Counted from the stretch's first letter, positions 1 through 13,159 are shown. The stretch: DNA of 64,000 nucleotides from Octopus vulgaris (GCA_951406725.2 OX597821.1:33232001-33296000), one strand, 5' to 3'. Made by a program: numbers and translations. The notes: generated by a model not told the origin, from the letters alone.

Positions 1-282
1 CAATAACAACCACCAACTGTGTAGCGATAGAATATGACCGTCAGCCGTCACTCCAATCGTTAAAAACGAAATCGGTTGAGTAACAGTGACTTATTGAATT
101 TATTGTAGGCAACATTGTGACTGATCATATATCGATTCTATCGGGATGATATAATCACACATAGATACCTAAAGTCTCTATAACTGCCCACTGGTAATCA
201 CAATAACTTTGAACATCTAACAATGCTCTTGGTTAGCTGTGTACAGGCATACTTCAAGTAACATGGTTTTTTGGGTGAGGGG

Positions 283-721
283 GGGTCTTTTCGGTTTGAA
301 CGGTAGTTTTTTCTAGTGGTGTCATATGAAATTGTCAACCATAATTATGACCCTAGTATCGATCTATTGCATTTCAATCTGTTTTAGGGTTAAGGGTGGG
401 GGGAAGGGTATCTTTGTTTCTTCACAAATGTAAATAAACCCAATCTGTTTCTTAAACGAGGGACATATACATACGGCACAGAATGTTTTTTTTACCCCAA
501 TGGACGTCATTGATTGGTTGAAATTGCAGAAATTGCAGAAAAAACAACAACAAATATCTTACAGACAATAGAATTTTCTCAATAAAGCCAAGAGAAAAAG
601 ATGTTGGCAATGAAACTTCGCCAAGATGTTTTATAAACACATTCTACCAGTATACGAAGTTTTAAATTTTTTAGTTACCTAGAAATTATGTTAAAAACTG
701 CCATTCAAACCGAAAAGATCC
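283..721. mobile_element. MITE family A (~420 bp, Merlin-like non-autonomous DNA transposon)
   Basis: TIRs GG(A)TCTTTTCGGTTTGAACGG...CC(G/A)TTCAAACCGAAAAGATCC; body matches the other copies in the window; internal TTAGGG-like island; no TSD seen for this copy. Confidence 0.9.
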
Positions 722-2169
722 TTTTTTTTTTGTTATGAAATTAATGGAAAAAATAAACCTCAACTTCAATCGCTTTATCCGAGTTTATGTCGGTCTCAGC
801 GAACATGTTGAAAAGCATAAAAGTAAGATAAAAACACCGAAGAACCAAAACTCAAGTGCAAAATCCAAATAAAATGCATGCGCATATATGTGCATAACAT
901 TTATTAAAACACACATAATCTAATAAAGTTTTTGAAATATTTCTTCGTACTGCGTCGATTTTCTAATGAAGTTACATGTCTTGGGGACCAGCTACCGACG
1001 TAAGTTGAGATATGCCTGCGCTAACTTTATAGCTTGAGTGAGTGTTTAACTATTTATCGTCCGGTTTTGTTTCCACATGGTGAGAACTATATTGCCAGAT
1101 AACCATCTCTCGAATGCTCGTGGAATTACGTTTTACATAGTGCTAGCCTATCGAATGTGTGTAACTTTTTATCGATTCCGCTCTATCCATTTCTCTTCAG
1201 AAACTCTGTTATTAGTCAGTTAGTTGGTTATCTCCTTCATTTTTAATTAATTATAATAAATATTCTAGGAATTCTTCAAAATCAGATTGTATTCACATAC
1301 ATTCTCGTTCTTTCTTTCTTTCTCTCTCTCTCTCAGACACTCAAACAAGGACTGTTTTTAGCAGCATCATAGGACTTCGATTAAACCACTGCACAGGGCC
1401 CCTATAGAAATTATTCATTGAGAGCAAACCACAAAAGTGGGCCCCTAGACTCGGGAGTCCCATGGGAAACAGCCTAGTGTGCCATTGCCTTAAGACACGG
1501 CCCCGACCTGCACGCATGCACGCACGTATACACAGTTCTCACCCACTGCTATTCTGTTTTAAAAAAAAACATACTTAATTACAAGAAAAATGGATTGTTA
1601 TAAAAACACACGTATTTATACAAATACGTATTTGTACATACACATATTTTATACACCAGAACTTTTATATTTATCACCATGGGCATGGTACATACATTTA
1701 CATTTTCACATTTACAAACGTGTACAAATACAGAATTAGCCCACACGCACACATAAGCATACGCGCGCACACCCACAACGCACGCATAATGTCGTGATGC
1801 CTGTGACATTTCGTTTTGCAAAGTTTCATCTTCCAGCGATCATTTATTTTCCTCACCCTCCCCAAGAACAGATTATTTCCCGGTTAAAACTGAAATAGGG
1901 TCCGATTTACAGCTTTGCTACTTGCTAGCCTAGTTGGTTGAATAGTGTGAATCAGTGACGGTGGGGACGGGGTGAGGCTGAAACCGCTTATTCTATAGTC
2001 TCAACAATATATATTTCTTTACAGTCTCAACAATATAACTTGAGGAACGGGCTGCATACTAAATTCACACGTATACGGGGGAAGTCCCCCGTAACGTAAT
2101 ACAGTGAGCCGATAACGTCTTCGTCTTACGGAGATTATCTGTGCAATTAGTTGACAAACACTCACTCGA

Positions 2170-2620
2170 GGAACTGTTATCTGGAGTACCGCCTCGAAGG
2201 GTTTAGTCGAACAAATCGACCCTAAATAATTATGTAATACTTAAAAAAAATTTTTTTTTAAGTCTGGTACTTATTGTGTCTGTTTCTTTTTCTCGGGCCG
2301 CTTAGTTGTGGAGACGTAAACAAACCAACATCGGTTGTCAAGCAGCGGAGGGCACAAACACAACACAAGCACTAACACACACAGACATTGTGTATATATA
2401 TATGTGTGTGTGTGTGTGTAATGGTTGTTGTTAATACGCACGCATACGCACTCACACACACGCATACTCGATGGGCTTCTTTCAGTTTCCGTCTACCAAA
2501 TCCACTCACAAGGCTTTGAGCGGCCCGGGACTATAGTTGAAAACACTTGCCCAAGGTGCCGTGCAATGGGATCGAACTCAAAACTGTATGGTTGACAAGC
2601 TTCTTAACCACACAGCCACG
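2170..2620 (-). mobile_element. SINE group 2 (tRNA-derived head, CORE-like box, internal microsatellite), diverged
   Basis: Reverse complement of the element at 37634 and 51193 (GTGGCTGTGTGGT...GGCACCTTGGGCAAGTG...GTGAGTGGATTTGGTAGACGGAAACTGAA). Confidence 0.8.
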
Positions 2621-2631
2621 TTTGCACTTAT

Positions 2632-3139
2632 AAAAAAAGAATATGGAACACTGCACAAATTTGTGTGTCATCTTTGCTCTGGGGTCATGCTAATCTTTTC
2701 GGTTTGAACGGCAGTTTTTAACATAATTTCTAGGTAACTAAAAAATTTAAAACTTCGTATACTGGTAGGATGTGTTTATAAAACATCTTTTTCACTTGCC
2801 TTTATTGAGAAAATTCTATTGTCTGTAAGATATTTGTTGTTTTTTTTCTTCAATTTCTGCAATTTCAACCAATCACTGACGTCTATTGAGGTAAAGAAAA
2901 CCATTCTGTACCGTATGAATATGACCCTCGTTTAAGAAACAGATTGGGTTTATTTACATTTCTGAAGAAAAAAAAGATACCCTTCCTCCTCACCCCTAAC
3001 CCTAATCCTAAAACAGATTGAAATGCAATAGATCGATACAAGGGTCATAATTATGGGTGACAATTTCATAAGACACCGCTCGAAAAAACTGCCGTTCAAA
3101 CCGAAAAGATCCCTAATCTTCTCTGTATCGTTCCAATTT
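2632..3139 (-). pseudogene. U6: U6 snRNA pseudogene, 5'-truncated, interrupted by MITE A
   Basis: Minus strand reads AAATTGGAACGATACAGAGAAGATTAG (3139-3113), then after the MITE AAGATTAGCATGACCCCAGAGCAAAGATGACACACAAATTTGTGCAGTGTTCCATATTCTTTTTTT (2697-2632): U6 ACAGAGA box and 3' half with several substitutions; 5' stem-loop absent. Confidence 0.9.
2693..3112. mobile_element. MITE family A inserted in the U6 pseudogene
   Basis: Family A body and TIRs; CTAATCTT at 2690-2697 and 3113-3120 (8-bp TSD, left copy merged with the TIR). Confidence 0.9.
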
Positions 3140-3929
3140 CCGGAACTTAAAATCAAGCAAGGAACATAATTTCGCTAAGGTGAATTTGTTGAACTGATTG
3201 GAAAATAGAGAAAATGCAACACGAGAATGGATTTGATGATTAAAGCTAGTTGGTGAAAGCAACGAGTGTGGTTTGGTTTTATTAGACCTCCTTAGCAAAG
3301 CATATTCTACTCAGTCGGCAAGTCTATAAAGCTGATCAGTAGATAAAGATTTTGAGAAAATGTAGTGACTCCGAATATGAATTATCTTCATGGATTCGTT
3401 CTGTACGTGAAATAGATTTTAAACATCACTAAAGGGAGTTTTTGTCTCTTAATTGCATGGATTATCTCAGTTAAGGGTAAGTTTTTCAACTCAGAGTATT
3501 ACATAAGTGAAACCCTATCGTATTTTATTCTGTGTATTCTACATGACGAGCTATTCAGGTTGTCTACAAGCTAGACATGGGCAGCCATTTTTTTTCGAGA
3601 AAAGAGTCGGATGAGACACGGCTCATCATTAAGTGGGCTGCACTACTAAAAAGATTCGAGGCAATTTTTCGTTAGGTCTGGTATTTGGAAAGTCCTGCGG
3701 ACTGCAAGTTTGCTCGTGACACTTTAAACTAGTTCTCAACAGGGGTTCATATGGCCCTTAGGGGTCCATATAAGACTTTGTTGTTGAAATCTGAGTGCAA
3801 TAAATTGCTTTTACTTCAACGATGCACTAAATACTTTAACAATTTTTTTATACAGTTCTTTATAATATTTAATTATAAAAATAAAATAAGATTTTTTTAA
3901 AGCATCGGATAGTTATGAGGGTCCAGTTG

Positions 3930-4053
3930 AGTAAAACATTTGTGAAGAAAAAAAGATACTCTTCTCCCCACCCTAACCCTAACCCTAAAACAGATTGAAA
4001 TGCAATAGATCGATACTAGGGTCATAATTCTGCCGTTCAAACCGAAAAGATCC
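3930..4053. mobile_element. MITE family A, partial/deleted copy
   Basis: CCCTAACCCTAACCCTAAAACAGATTGAAATGC...CCGTTCAAACCGAAAAGATCC. Confidence 0.85.
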
Positions 4054-4812
4054 CTGCATGCTAACGATTCTGCCAGCTCAAAAAAAGTACTCAATACAAC
4101 ACGTCAGTGTCGTTGTTGTTAGTCCCAAAACATTGTATTCGGCATCCTATTTTTGATTCATTTCGTCGTCGTCGGAGGAGGAGTTTAACCCTCAGTTCTA
4201 ATCAAAGGTGCTTTAGCCTTCGTATATTCAGCCCACAGTTACCAACTACTGATCTACTGTCATGTGTGTGTGTGTAAAATTTTATATTTATCTCTCAGGT
4301 ATTTTTAGCTATCGCGTAGAGACTTCTTATTGTATTGTTGTCGTATTTATCGTTGCTTATAGATTATAATGTAAATATTTTCTTGTCTAATCATCTAATC
4401 TTTACCTATAAGAATAAACATTGTTTGCGGTTCCTTGTTGAAGGACTAAAAGTCATTTTGTCTTTTTATCTCAAGAGAAACAATGAGTCTTAGTTGCAAG
4501 AACTGACAGGTTTAGCCATACATCTGCGTCAATATGAATCAGTTATATTAATAAAAACAAAAGGAGTGTTGTTATTGCTATTTAACCGTCAAGTATTCTA
4601 TCATAGTTTTAAAGGTTAACATGCAGTTTAGTGTCCAGAAAAGGGGACTGTAAATTGCGAAATTGCGGTAGAAACCAGAAGTGATGACAATGAAGTCCCA
4701 TTACGTTATATAACATGCAAACGATACATAGAACGTACATACAGCTTTTCTACGGCTTCTGAACCTATTTTACTATATATATACTCATACAGATACAAAG
4801 TTTAATAAAGTA

Positions 4813-5309
4813 CCGTAAATCCTCGAGTATAGTCCGCCCTCGAGTATAATACGCAGGGGTTTTTTAGGGGGCTGTACCTCTGAAAAACCTAAACCTTGTG
4901 TATAATACGCACCCCCTTCTCTAACATGAGTCAAGGAGGTCTATATAACGTCCTTGGTTTGTAAAAATGTAAACAGTAACGTCCTTATTGTATATATAAC
5001 ATAATGTAGCTTTTTGTGCATTTTGTTTGCAGAAAATAAAGAAATAACAGTAATAACGTTTAATAAATGTTGTTTACTGCAAGTCATGGATTATTCTTTT
5101 ATGACTTCATTGCTTTCAGGCTTAGCTTAAGGTATTTTCGCGCCCGACATCACAAAATGCGTCTGAATAAACATTGCCGGACAGCAAATAGAGACTCGGA
5201 CATTGCTTAGAAAATAATTTTCATTTTTAACCTCGTGTATAATACGCACTAGGGATTTTGACCTTTAAATTTTTGGGGGAAAATGCGGATTATACTCGAG
5301 GATTTACGG
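4813..5309. mobile_element. Tc1/mariner(pogo)-type MITE with TA TSD
   Basis: TA|CCGTAAATCCTCGAGTATAGTCCGC...GCGGATTATACTCGAGGATTTACGG|TA; second copy in opposite orientation at 13547-14055. Confidence 0.88.
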
Positions 5310-5603
5310 TATCGCTCGCTCTGTATTATAAGCTGATGTCCTGGGCAAACATCTACCGTCCTTCGATAATCTTTGTGTGGATGTTCTCATCGTTGGATCA
5401 ACAAAATATAAATACTTCACAACTATATATGTGGCCTAAATTTAGCATAGCAAGCTCACCCATTGGATATCAAATAAGTCCCTGTGGCTTTTTTTTTTAC
5501 TGGTGTTCATTGTTGGATATACTACGTTGCTGCAGGGTTCCTCAGCTACTATTTCAGAAATGCTCGTGGTATCACTAGAAGATACTATTTAAACGGGTAC
5601 ATG

Positions 5604-5873
5604 AGGAATAGTTGAAGCCAGGAGAATTCATCTACGAAGCAATTGCCCCAGCTCCCCTTCAGGATTGGCGAAAGCGTCGTGGTGGACAACGAAAAACCTG
5701 GCTGATGACGGTCAAGGCTGATCTGGAACCCAACCTAGGCTCCCATATCTACGGCGTTCGCCGCTGGAATAAGGAGTGATTGGAGATCTCCGGGTCGGCG
5801 TTTGTGAGAGATGCAGCATTGAGGATAAATGAAGCCAGCTCAACCCACCCCGGGTGAATGCAGTGAGAAGAAG
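5604..5873 (+). mobile_element. RTE-clade LINE 3' fragment with 13-bp TSD
   Basis: Translates KPGEFIYEAIAPAPLQDWRKRRGGQRKTWLMTVKADLE...RRWNKE* (RTE C-terminal RxRGxxRxxW style); short (GAA)n tail; AAACGGGTACATG at 5591-5603 and 5874-5886. Confidence 0.75.
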
Positions 5874-5978
5874 AAACGGGTACATGTAGTTACGCCGTTA
5901 AGGGACTTCAGTATTGTAAGTTCTAGTGCAATTAACCGTCACTCTTTTTTTTTACGACACTAAACAGTGTATTAACCA

Positions 5979-7119
5979 TCTTCTATAATAATAAAAAAGT
6001 GAAATTCTGTCTGTCCGTCTGGGACCCCTGTATCTCAATTTACATTTGCTCTACATAGACATATTATACCTTTTTGGAACCAGGATGATCTCAGGACTGA
6101 AAATCTGCCCTTCATTTAGTTCATGAACATCCAGCATTGGGATTTGACTTAAAAGCATTTGGGTTGCTATTTCTAGCAGATAAAGCTTGGTTGATTCACA
6201 CCATCTTGGTTGGCGTTTGTCAGATGACATCAGAGATCAAGGGGGAGATAAATAACATTCGCTTCGGGAATTTTACGTCGAGATTAAGAACTTTGGGACA
6301 AATTGGCCAACTGTTGAAATTCAACTTGGGATTGGAACAATAGAATGATTGCATTACAGCAGTGGTTCCCAAACTATGAGTCGCGACCCACAGATGGGTC
6401 GCGAACGGAATCTTAGTGGGTCGCAAAAAGTTATAAAATTACGCATTAGCTTTGATTAACTGCTGTCTATCGAGATAGTTCAAGACTTATGTTTTCAATA
6501 CCAGACTTGTTGTTTTATCAAGCAGTAGGCTTTTTCACGAACTTAACAAATCAGAGGTTGTCATTTTCTCAAGTTATTTATTCGTACGTAATCGTAAAAA
6601 GGAAAGGTCTGTTTTTACATATTTATTGAGAACTTTAACTAGGCGCAGTATAACACTGATCGAGCCGATAACAGTTACTACTGTTATCGGCAGCAATGGT
6701 TGGGATTAAAAGCAAATATCGAAATAAACTGCAGCTCTCAAATTCTTTACGCCTGAAACTATCAGGCATTGAACCTGATGTTAATTCTATTATTGAGCGT
6801 AGCAAGAAACAGGCTCATCCTTCTCACAGGCCTCACTGAAGATGTAAGCTGAAATAAATTTGTTAATTTCATTACTGTTTTTACTCAGTAGAGTTAAGTG
6901 GGTCGTCATAAACTGGTGTGATAAATAGTGGGTCGCGACTCTTAAAAGTTTGGGAACTACTGCATTACAGAATTAATTCTCACCCGTCCTTAACCTCTGA
7001 TCAGACTCCACCGGAGTATATTAGTCATTATAGCTGTCTTTAATTTAGGGATGCAGGACCATTTAGCCCTCTGTAGGAGCTAGGCTAAAAGTCCGCCCGG
7101 GGTGCGACTTTTAAGCTAG
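5979..7119 (+). mobile_element. Non-autonomous Helitron (contains a nested hAT element)
   Basis: A|TC start with TATAATAATAAA and TCTGTCTGTCCGTC; subterminal hairpin AAAAGTC-CGCCCGGGGTGC-GACTTTT; CTAG|T end. Confidence 0.7.
6360..6962 (+). mobile_element. Internally deleted hAT (Charlie/Buster-type) transposon
   Basis: TIRs CAGTGGTTCCCAAACT...AGTTTGGGAACTACTG; 8-bp TSD CATTACAG (6352-6359, 6963-6970); ~6690-6840 encodes SAMVGIKSKYRNKLQLSNSLRLKLSGIEPDVNSIIERSKKQAHPSH, typical of a Buster/Charlie transposase C-terminus. Confidence 0.88.
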
Positions 7120-7321
7120 TATATTATAATTCCATTCACATTTATTCTGTATTATAGAAAATCGACCCTGGTACTTAACAGTACTAATTCGGATTTTCTC
7201 CTATCCAGACATCCCGGAATACACAAGATTTGTTCGTAAATTTAACGAGTGGAGTCCAAGACGTCAAGCAGGCAAACTGCAGCATAAAATAAAATACCAG
7301 TCAAATACTGAGTTCGATGAT

Positions 7322-7726
7322 GGATCTTTTCGGTTTGAACGGCAGTTTTTTCTAGCGGTGTCATTTGAAATTGTCACCCATAATTATGACCCTAGTATCG
7401 ACCTATTGCATTTCAATCTCTTTTAGGGTTAGGGGTAGGGGGAGGGTATCTTTTTTTCTTCACAAATGTAAATAAACCCAATCTGTTTCTTAAACGAGGG
7501 ACATATTCATACGGCACAGAATGTTTTTTTTACCTCAATAGACTTCAGTGATTGGTTGAAATTGCAGAAATTGAAGAAAAAACAACAACAAATATCTTAC
7601 AAACCATAGAATTTTCTCAATAAAGCCAAGATAAAAAGATGTTTTATAACCACATTCTACCAGTATACGAAGTTTAAAATTTTTTTAGTTACCTAGAAAT
7701 TATGTTAAAAACTGCCGAAAAGATCC
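7322..7726. mobile_element. MITE family A
   Basis: Family A body; right TIR internally deleted (CTGCCGAAAAGATCC). Confidence 0.9.
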
Positions 7727-8999
7727 GAAAGGATTTTTCAAGATTATAGTTTTTTTCTTTTCTGTACCCCCTCTCTCTCTCTTTCTCTCTCACTATATTT
7801 CTGTACATCGACCTCTATCCCTTTGTCTCTCTCTTTCTCTTTTGTCCCTTTCTTTAATTTGGCTCTTTCTTTCATCATCTTTCTTTTTTTCTCTAGCTCT
7901 CTCATTTTATCCCTTTCTTCCTCTCTCTCTCTTGTTTTTTCATTCGTTCATCAAGCAAGTGGTAAACTTTTCCCGCAGTGACTTCATTACTGGAATGGTT
8001 AGGTTGGTATTAAGAGATAATTTGATGCTTATATGCATTCCAAAAGTGAAGAATTTCAATTCCAGTTTTTGTATGAGAATCTAAATAAACAAAATAGGTG
8101 GGGCTGAATTTTAAAAAGAAACTGCATATATTGTAACTTAAATGGAATTCGGATACAATTAAAATTGAGATCGATATTCGAATCCTTAAACTATTTCAAT
8201 GTTTTAATTAAATTTTTTTTTTGTATTTTTAATGTAAATAAATTTTATTGGAGTTTCATTTTCAAAAGATTCCTTCCCAAGGTCAAAGACATGTCATGCG
8301 TGACCATCCCGTCTTTTTGTATATATATATATATATCTAGGACTACATCTTACAATGTTTTCTTCCTTTTAAAGGACAATAGAGTCTGGTAGTTTGAAGG
8401 ACATATGCTGTTATTTCTAGCCAAGTGACCGAATATATGGAATCTACATCGAGCAAACTGCGGTCAGAATAATTAGTCTAACAAAAAATTACCCTGATCT
8501 TTTTAATTTTTTTTATTTATATACGTTTTTAGTTGTGCGGCCCGCCTGATGATGAGCCACAACTCATGCGGCTCGCTTCTCGATAAAGGTTGCTGATGTC
8601 TAATGTAGATGTTCTATCGTTTAATCAAGAAATATGTTTTATCCTTTTTTTCTACGTTCAAACCACGAAGATAAAAAATAAAATAAATTAAACTAAAAAA
8701 TAAAAAAAAATGAAGAATAAATGATGAAGTAATTTCAAATATTTTCCCATTCGTCAGTCATCTTAACAGGTCAGACGTTCAAATTCTCTGTAGGCGTTTC
8801 GTCGGATTACAGTCACTGTTAGAGATTGTTTGTGACGTCACTTATTCTTCCTTTTTTCATACTTACTTTTTGAGTTATAAACACTGGCTGGTTGAGTTTT
8901 CCCTCTTCTTGTCTCTCAAGAATTGTGTATGTACGTACGTATGTATGTGTGTGTGTATGTATGCACACGCGCGTCTATGTGTGGACGTTATATATATAA

Positions 9000-9260
9000 A
9001 ACTTATAAACAAGGGCAAAAGAAAAAAATTCTAATGCCAAATATGCTGAAAATAGACAAATCGGCAATAACCATATAATTTATCACTATAAGCACGCGTC
9101 TCGAAGTAAGCCGACAGAAATTTCTAAAAAATTCCGTTATCATCGTATCGGTCCCAATTTCAGAGTTAATTCATAAGAATTTACTCCTCGTCAGCGATAA
9201 ATACGGTATGAAATAAATGAAATACTTATACTAATGGAAGAAGCAAACACTAAGTTATGA
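9000..9260 (-). mobile_element. Probable Penelope-like element terminal fragment
   Basis: Minus strand CTGACGA-GGAG...CTCT-GAAA and GAGACGCGT motifs typical of PLE pseudo-LTRs. Confidence 0.4.
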
Positions 9261-10328
9261 GCACACTTAAGTACCCCAAATATGCCTTTTGGCATATACG
9301 TATTTTTTTAAATATCTGTTGTGTGGAAGGACTTAATACAGAAATAGTTTTAACTTTGCAAATAGTTTTTCGTTGAACTCATAAGCACATAGTTGGCGTG
9401 GTTTGTTGTTGTATTGATATGATTTAACTTTTAAAACGATTTTCTAAGATATGGTATATGAAATATTAGAGGATTTTAAAGACCATATGTGATCAGATAA
9501 AGATGTTTTTTTTTGAGTTGATGAGTTAATGTTTAGGTTGGGCAAAAGCGATCTTTAAAGGAATTTGAACTCAGAGCTATGTATGAGAAATATGAAGAAG
9601 TATGTTGAGGAAAAGAGGAGGATTGAGTTGGAGGGTTGATTTTAAATGCTGTATAATATACGAATTCTTTTGTTAAATATTTTCCTTCTAAAGAGTATAG
9701 GTTTGTGCAATTTCAGTATGGAGTCTTGCTTTTATATTACACAGCACAACACAAAACAAAACTGAATAGGAAATCATATGTGAATAATATATTTACATTC
9801 TACAGCCGTGGTTCTCAAACTGTTATTTATTTTTTATCGCTTTTATCCCCATTTAAATTATTCCAGCGTAAAATTTGGTTTTATACAAAATACAAGTGTG
9901 TAATTCTAGAATAATTCAGCCTTTGCTAAAGAGTGCAGTTATAGTTTCAGTTTTTGTGAAATGGATGAAATTGTATAATCCACCCGATGGCTTTCTATAT
10001 AGTTTTTATCTACTCACAAGGCTTGGATAAATCTGAAGTTAAGGTAAATGCATTTGCACAAGAAACTTAATAGTTTCGAAGCCATACCTTATATATTTCC
10101 ACATAGTTTTGGTCACATGATGTTGACGCCATTTTCTTAATATCAATCTTATTCTTAAGTGGAACACGATGACATGAGACTGTGGGATCTTCCTTGCTGC
10201 GTTATTGATGTTACTTCAGCCAAATGTTTTTGTGATATACACTAGTCCCAAAAACATGATTTTTGGCGATGCTTCGGTATAGGTACACATGTGACTTTGT
10301 TTACATTTCTGAAGATAACAGAAACCCT

Positions 10329-11852
10329 GGATCTTTTCCTTTTGAACGGCAGTTTTCAACACAATTTCTAGTAAACTAAACACTTTTAAACTTCGTATAC
10401 TGGTAGAATGTGTCAAAATAAAACATTTTTTTCTCTTGGCTTTCTTGAGGAAATTGAAATTTGTAAGTTTAACATAGTTTAATTTTTCTAATTTTAACCA
10501 ATCAATGGCCTCTATTGAGCTAAAATCATTTGCTGCGTCTAAAACTGAGACAACATCCTGTCACTATTATGTTTACATACGGAAAGCGTGTGTATAAAAT
10601 TATAGAATTATTTTGTTTGTTAATTGTTTAAATTATTTTCCATTGCTTTCGTTTTAGCCTTTCGTTTTTTTTTCTTAAGCAATAAAAAATAGTTTAAACA
10701 ATACACGTGTATCTCAAAACAAAAACTAAAAAAAAAACAAAACAAAAAACAAAATGAATAATTTTAGACACACGCGTAACAATTAAATTAATTTAACAAT
10801 TCGAAAGGCTAAAATTTAGGGTTAGGGTTAGTGAAAGGATTTTGTCTCAGTTTTAGACACAGCAAATGATTTTAGCTCAATAGAGGCCATTGATTGGTTA
10901 AAATTCGAAAAATTAAACTACATTAAACTTACAAATTACAATTTTCAAGAAAGCCAATAGAAAAAAATGTTTAGATCTTTTCCTTTTGATAGGCACATGT
11001 CAACACAATTTCTAGTTAACTAAACACTTTAAAACTTAGTATACTGGTAGAATGTGTCAAAATAAAACATTTTTTTCTTTTGGCTTTCTTGAGAAAATTG
11101 TAATTTGTTTGTTTAACGTTGTTTAATGTTTCGAATTTTAACCAATTAATCGCCTCTAGTGAGCTAAAATCATTTGCTGCGTCTAAAACTGAGACAATAT
11201 CCTGTCACTAACCCTAACCCTCACCCTCACCCTAAATTTTAGCCTTTCGAATTGTTAAATTAATTTAATTGTTACGCGTGTGTCTAAAATTATTCATTTT
11301 GTTTTTGTTTTGAGTTTTTGCTTTCGTTTTAGCCTTTCGTTATGTATACGTACGGAAAACGTGTGTATAAAATTATAGAATTATTTTGCTTGTTAATTGT
11401 TTAAATTATTTTCCATTGCTTTCGTTTTTTTTTTCTTAATTGTTATCCTTAAATTAATTTAACAATTAAGACAAAAAAAACGAAAGGCTAAAATTTAGGG
11501 TGAGGGTTAGGGTTAGTGACAGGATGTTGTCTCAGTTTTAGACGCAGCAAATGATTTTAGCTCAATTAGAGGCAATTGATTAGTTAAAATTTGAAAAATT
11601 AAACTACGTTAAACAAACAAATTACAATTTTATCAAGAAAGCCAAGCGAAAAAAATGTTTTATTTTGACACATTCTACCAGTATGTGAAGTTTTAAAGTG
11701 TTTAGTTAACTAGAAATTGTGTTGACATGTGCCGTTCAAAAGGAAAAGATCCAAATGTTTTATTTTGACACATTCTACCAGTATACGAAGTTTAAAAGTG
11801 TTTAGTTAACTAGAAATTGTGTTGAAAACTGCCGTTCAAAAGGAAAAGATCC
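10329..11852. mobile_element. MITE family B (foldback, ~240-bp TIRs), outer copy
   Basis: GGATCTTTTCCTTTTGAACGGCAG...CTGCCGTTCAAAAGGAAAAGATCC; long inverted arms; TTAGGG repeats near 10817; left end interrupts a family C fragment starting ~10265. Confidence 0.88.
10973..11752. mobile_element. MITE family B, inner copy nested in the right arm of the outer copy
   Basis: AGATCTTTTCCTTTTGA...TTCAAAAGGAAAAGATCC; 8-bp TSD AAATGTTT at 10965-10972 and 11753-11760. Confidence 0.9.
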
Positions 11853-12278
11853 ATAAACCCAATCTGTTTCTTAAACGAGGGACATTTTCATACGGCACAG
11901 AATGTTTTCGCCTCAATAGACGTCATTGATTGGTTGAAATTGCAGAAATTGAAGAAGAAAAAAACAGTAAATATCTTACAAATTATAGAATATTCTCAAT
12001 AAAGCCAAAAGAGAAAGATGTTTATAAACACATTCTACCAGTATACGAAGTTTAAAAGTGTTTAGTTACGTGGAAATTATTTTAAAAAACTGCCGTCCAA
12101 ACCGAAAAGATCCGGGTTTATTTACATTTCTGAAGAAAAAATGATACCCCTCTCCCCACCCCTAACCCTAATCCTAAAACAGACTGGAATGCAATAGATC
12201 GATACTAGGGTCATAATTATGGGTGACAATTTCATATGACACTGCTAGAAAAAGCTGCCGTTCAAACCGAAAAGATCC
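11853..12278. mobile_element. MITE family A with one half inverted
   Basis: Two TIRs in the same orientation (ending 12113 and 12278); ATAAACCC at 11853-11860 and its reverse complement GGGTTTAT at 12114-12121. Confidence 0.88.
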
Positions 12279-12828
12279 CTAATATTTGTTGCTATGTTGA
12301 AGTTATAACAGACATTACTTTTCAGAATAGTTCCTACTTTTATCTCTTAGATTTTCTTACTAGCAACTTAGCTCAGTGTTTCTAATATATTTTTTTTTAT
12401 CAAGATATATTTTAAAGTATTTTTTTTCTTTAAGCGGTTTTTGAAATTTCTTAAACAATTTCTAAAAAAGTGTCCCCCTTTCTTTTCTTCTTTTAAATTC
12501 TCTTAATTGTCTTACTGTGCCATCAAACACGTGTAATTATTCATAATAGTCAGCATATATAAACAACGATTATCAAATATAGTATGGAGCAGCAATTAAT
12601 TCGGTTTCATTAACCCTGGACTCTCATGTTTATTTTTATAAGCATAAAACTAATTAAGTCAGTTTAATTAAGCATAATTATCAACACCTGTAAATAATGT
12701 TTATAATTGCATCTTGTGCGTCAGCTAAGATATTTACAGTCTCTACGTCACTGAATATGAATAAAGATCGGCATCGTTTGCTAATTTAGATGAACGTCTC
12801 CAAGAACTCTGCCTATTGTGTGTGTACA

Positions 12829-12859
<31 letters not shown>

Positions 12860-13159
12860 TTATACATACATATTTATACATACATACTGTTACACAATCA
12901 TATCTATGTGTTTACGTATGCCAAACTACATCCCCACTCTTGGCACTATTTTGTTAGTGAACAGTACAACTGTGTGTAAAGTATATAATGTATTACTACG
13001 CTGAATGTCGAGTCCGTGTAACATGAGAAGTAAATAAACACGTAACAATAACAATGGTTTTCATTTGGTTGTCTATCCCATTAGAACCCAAACTACACAT
13101 AACACATACATACATATTTATACATACATACATACATATTTATACATACATACATGCAT

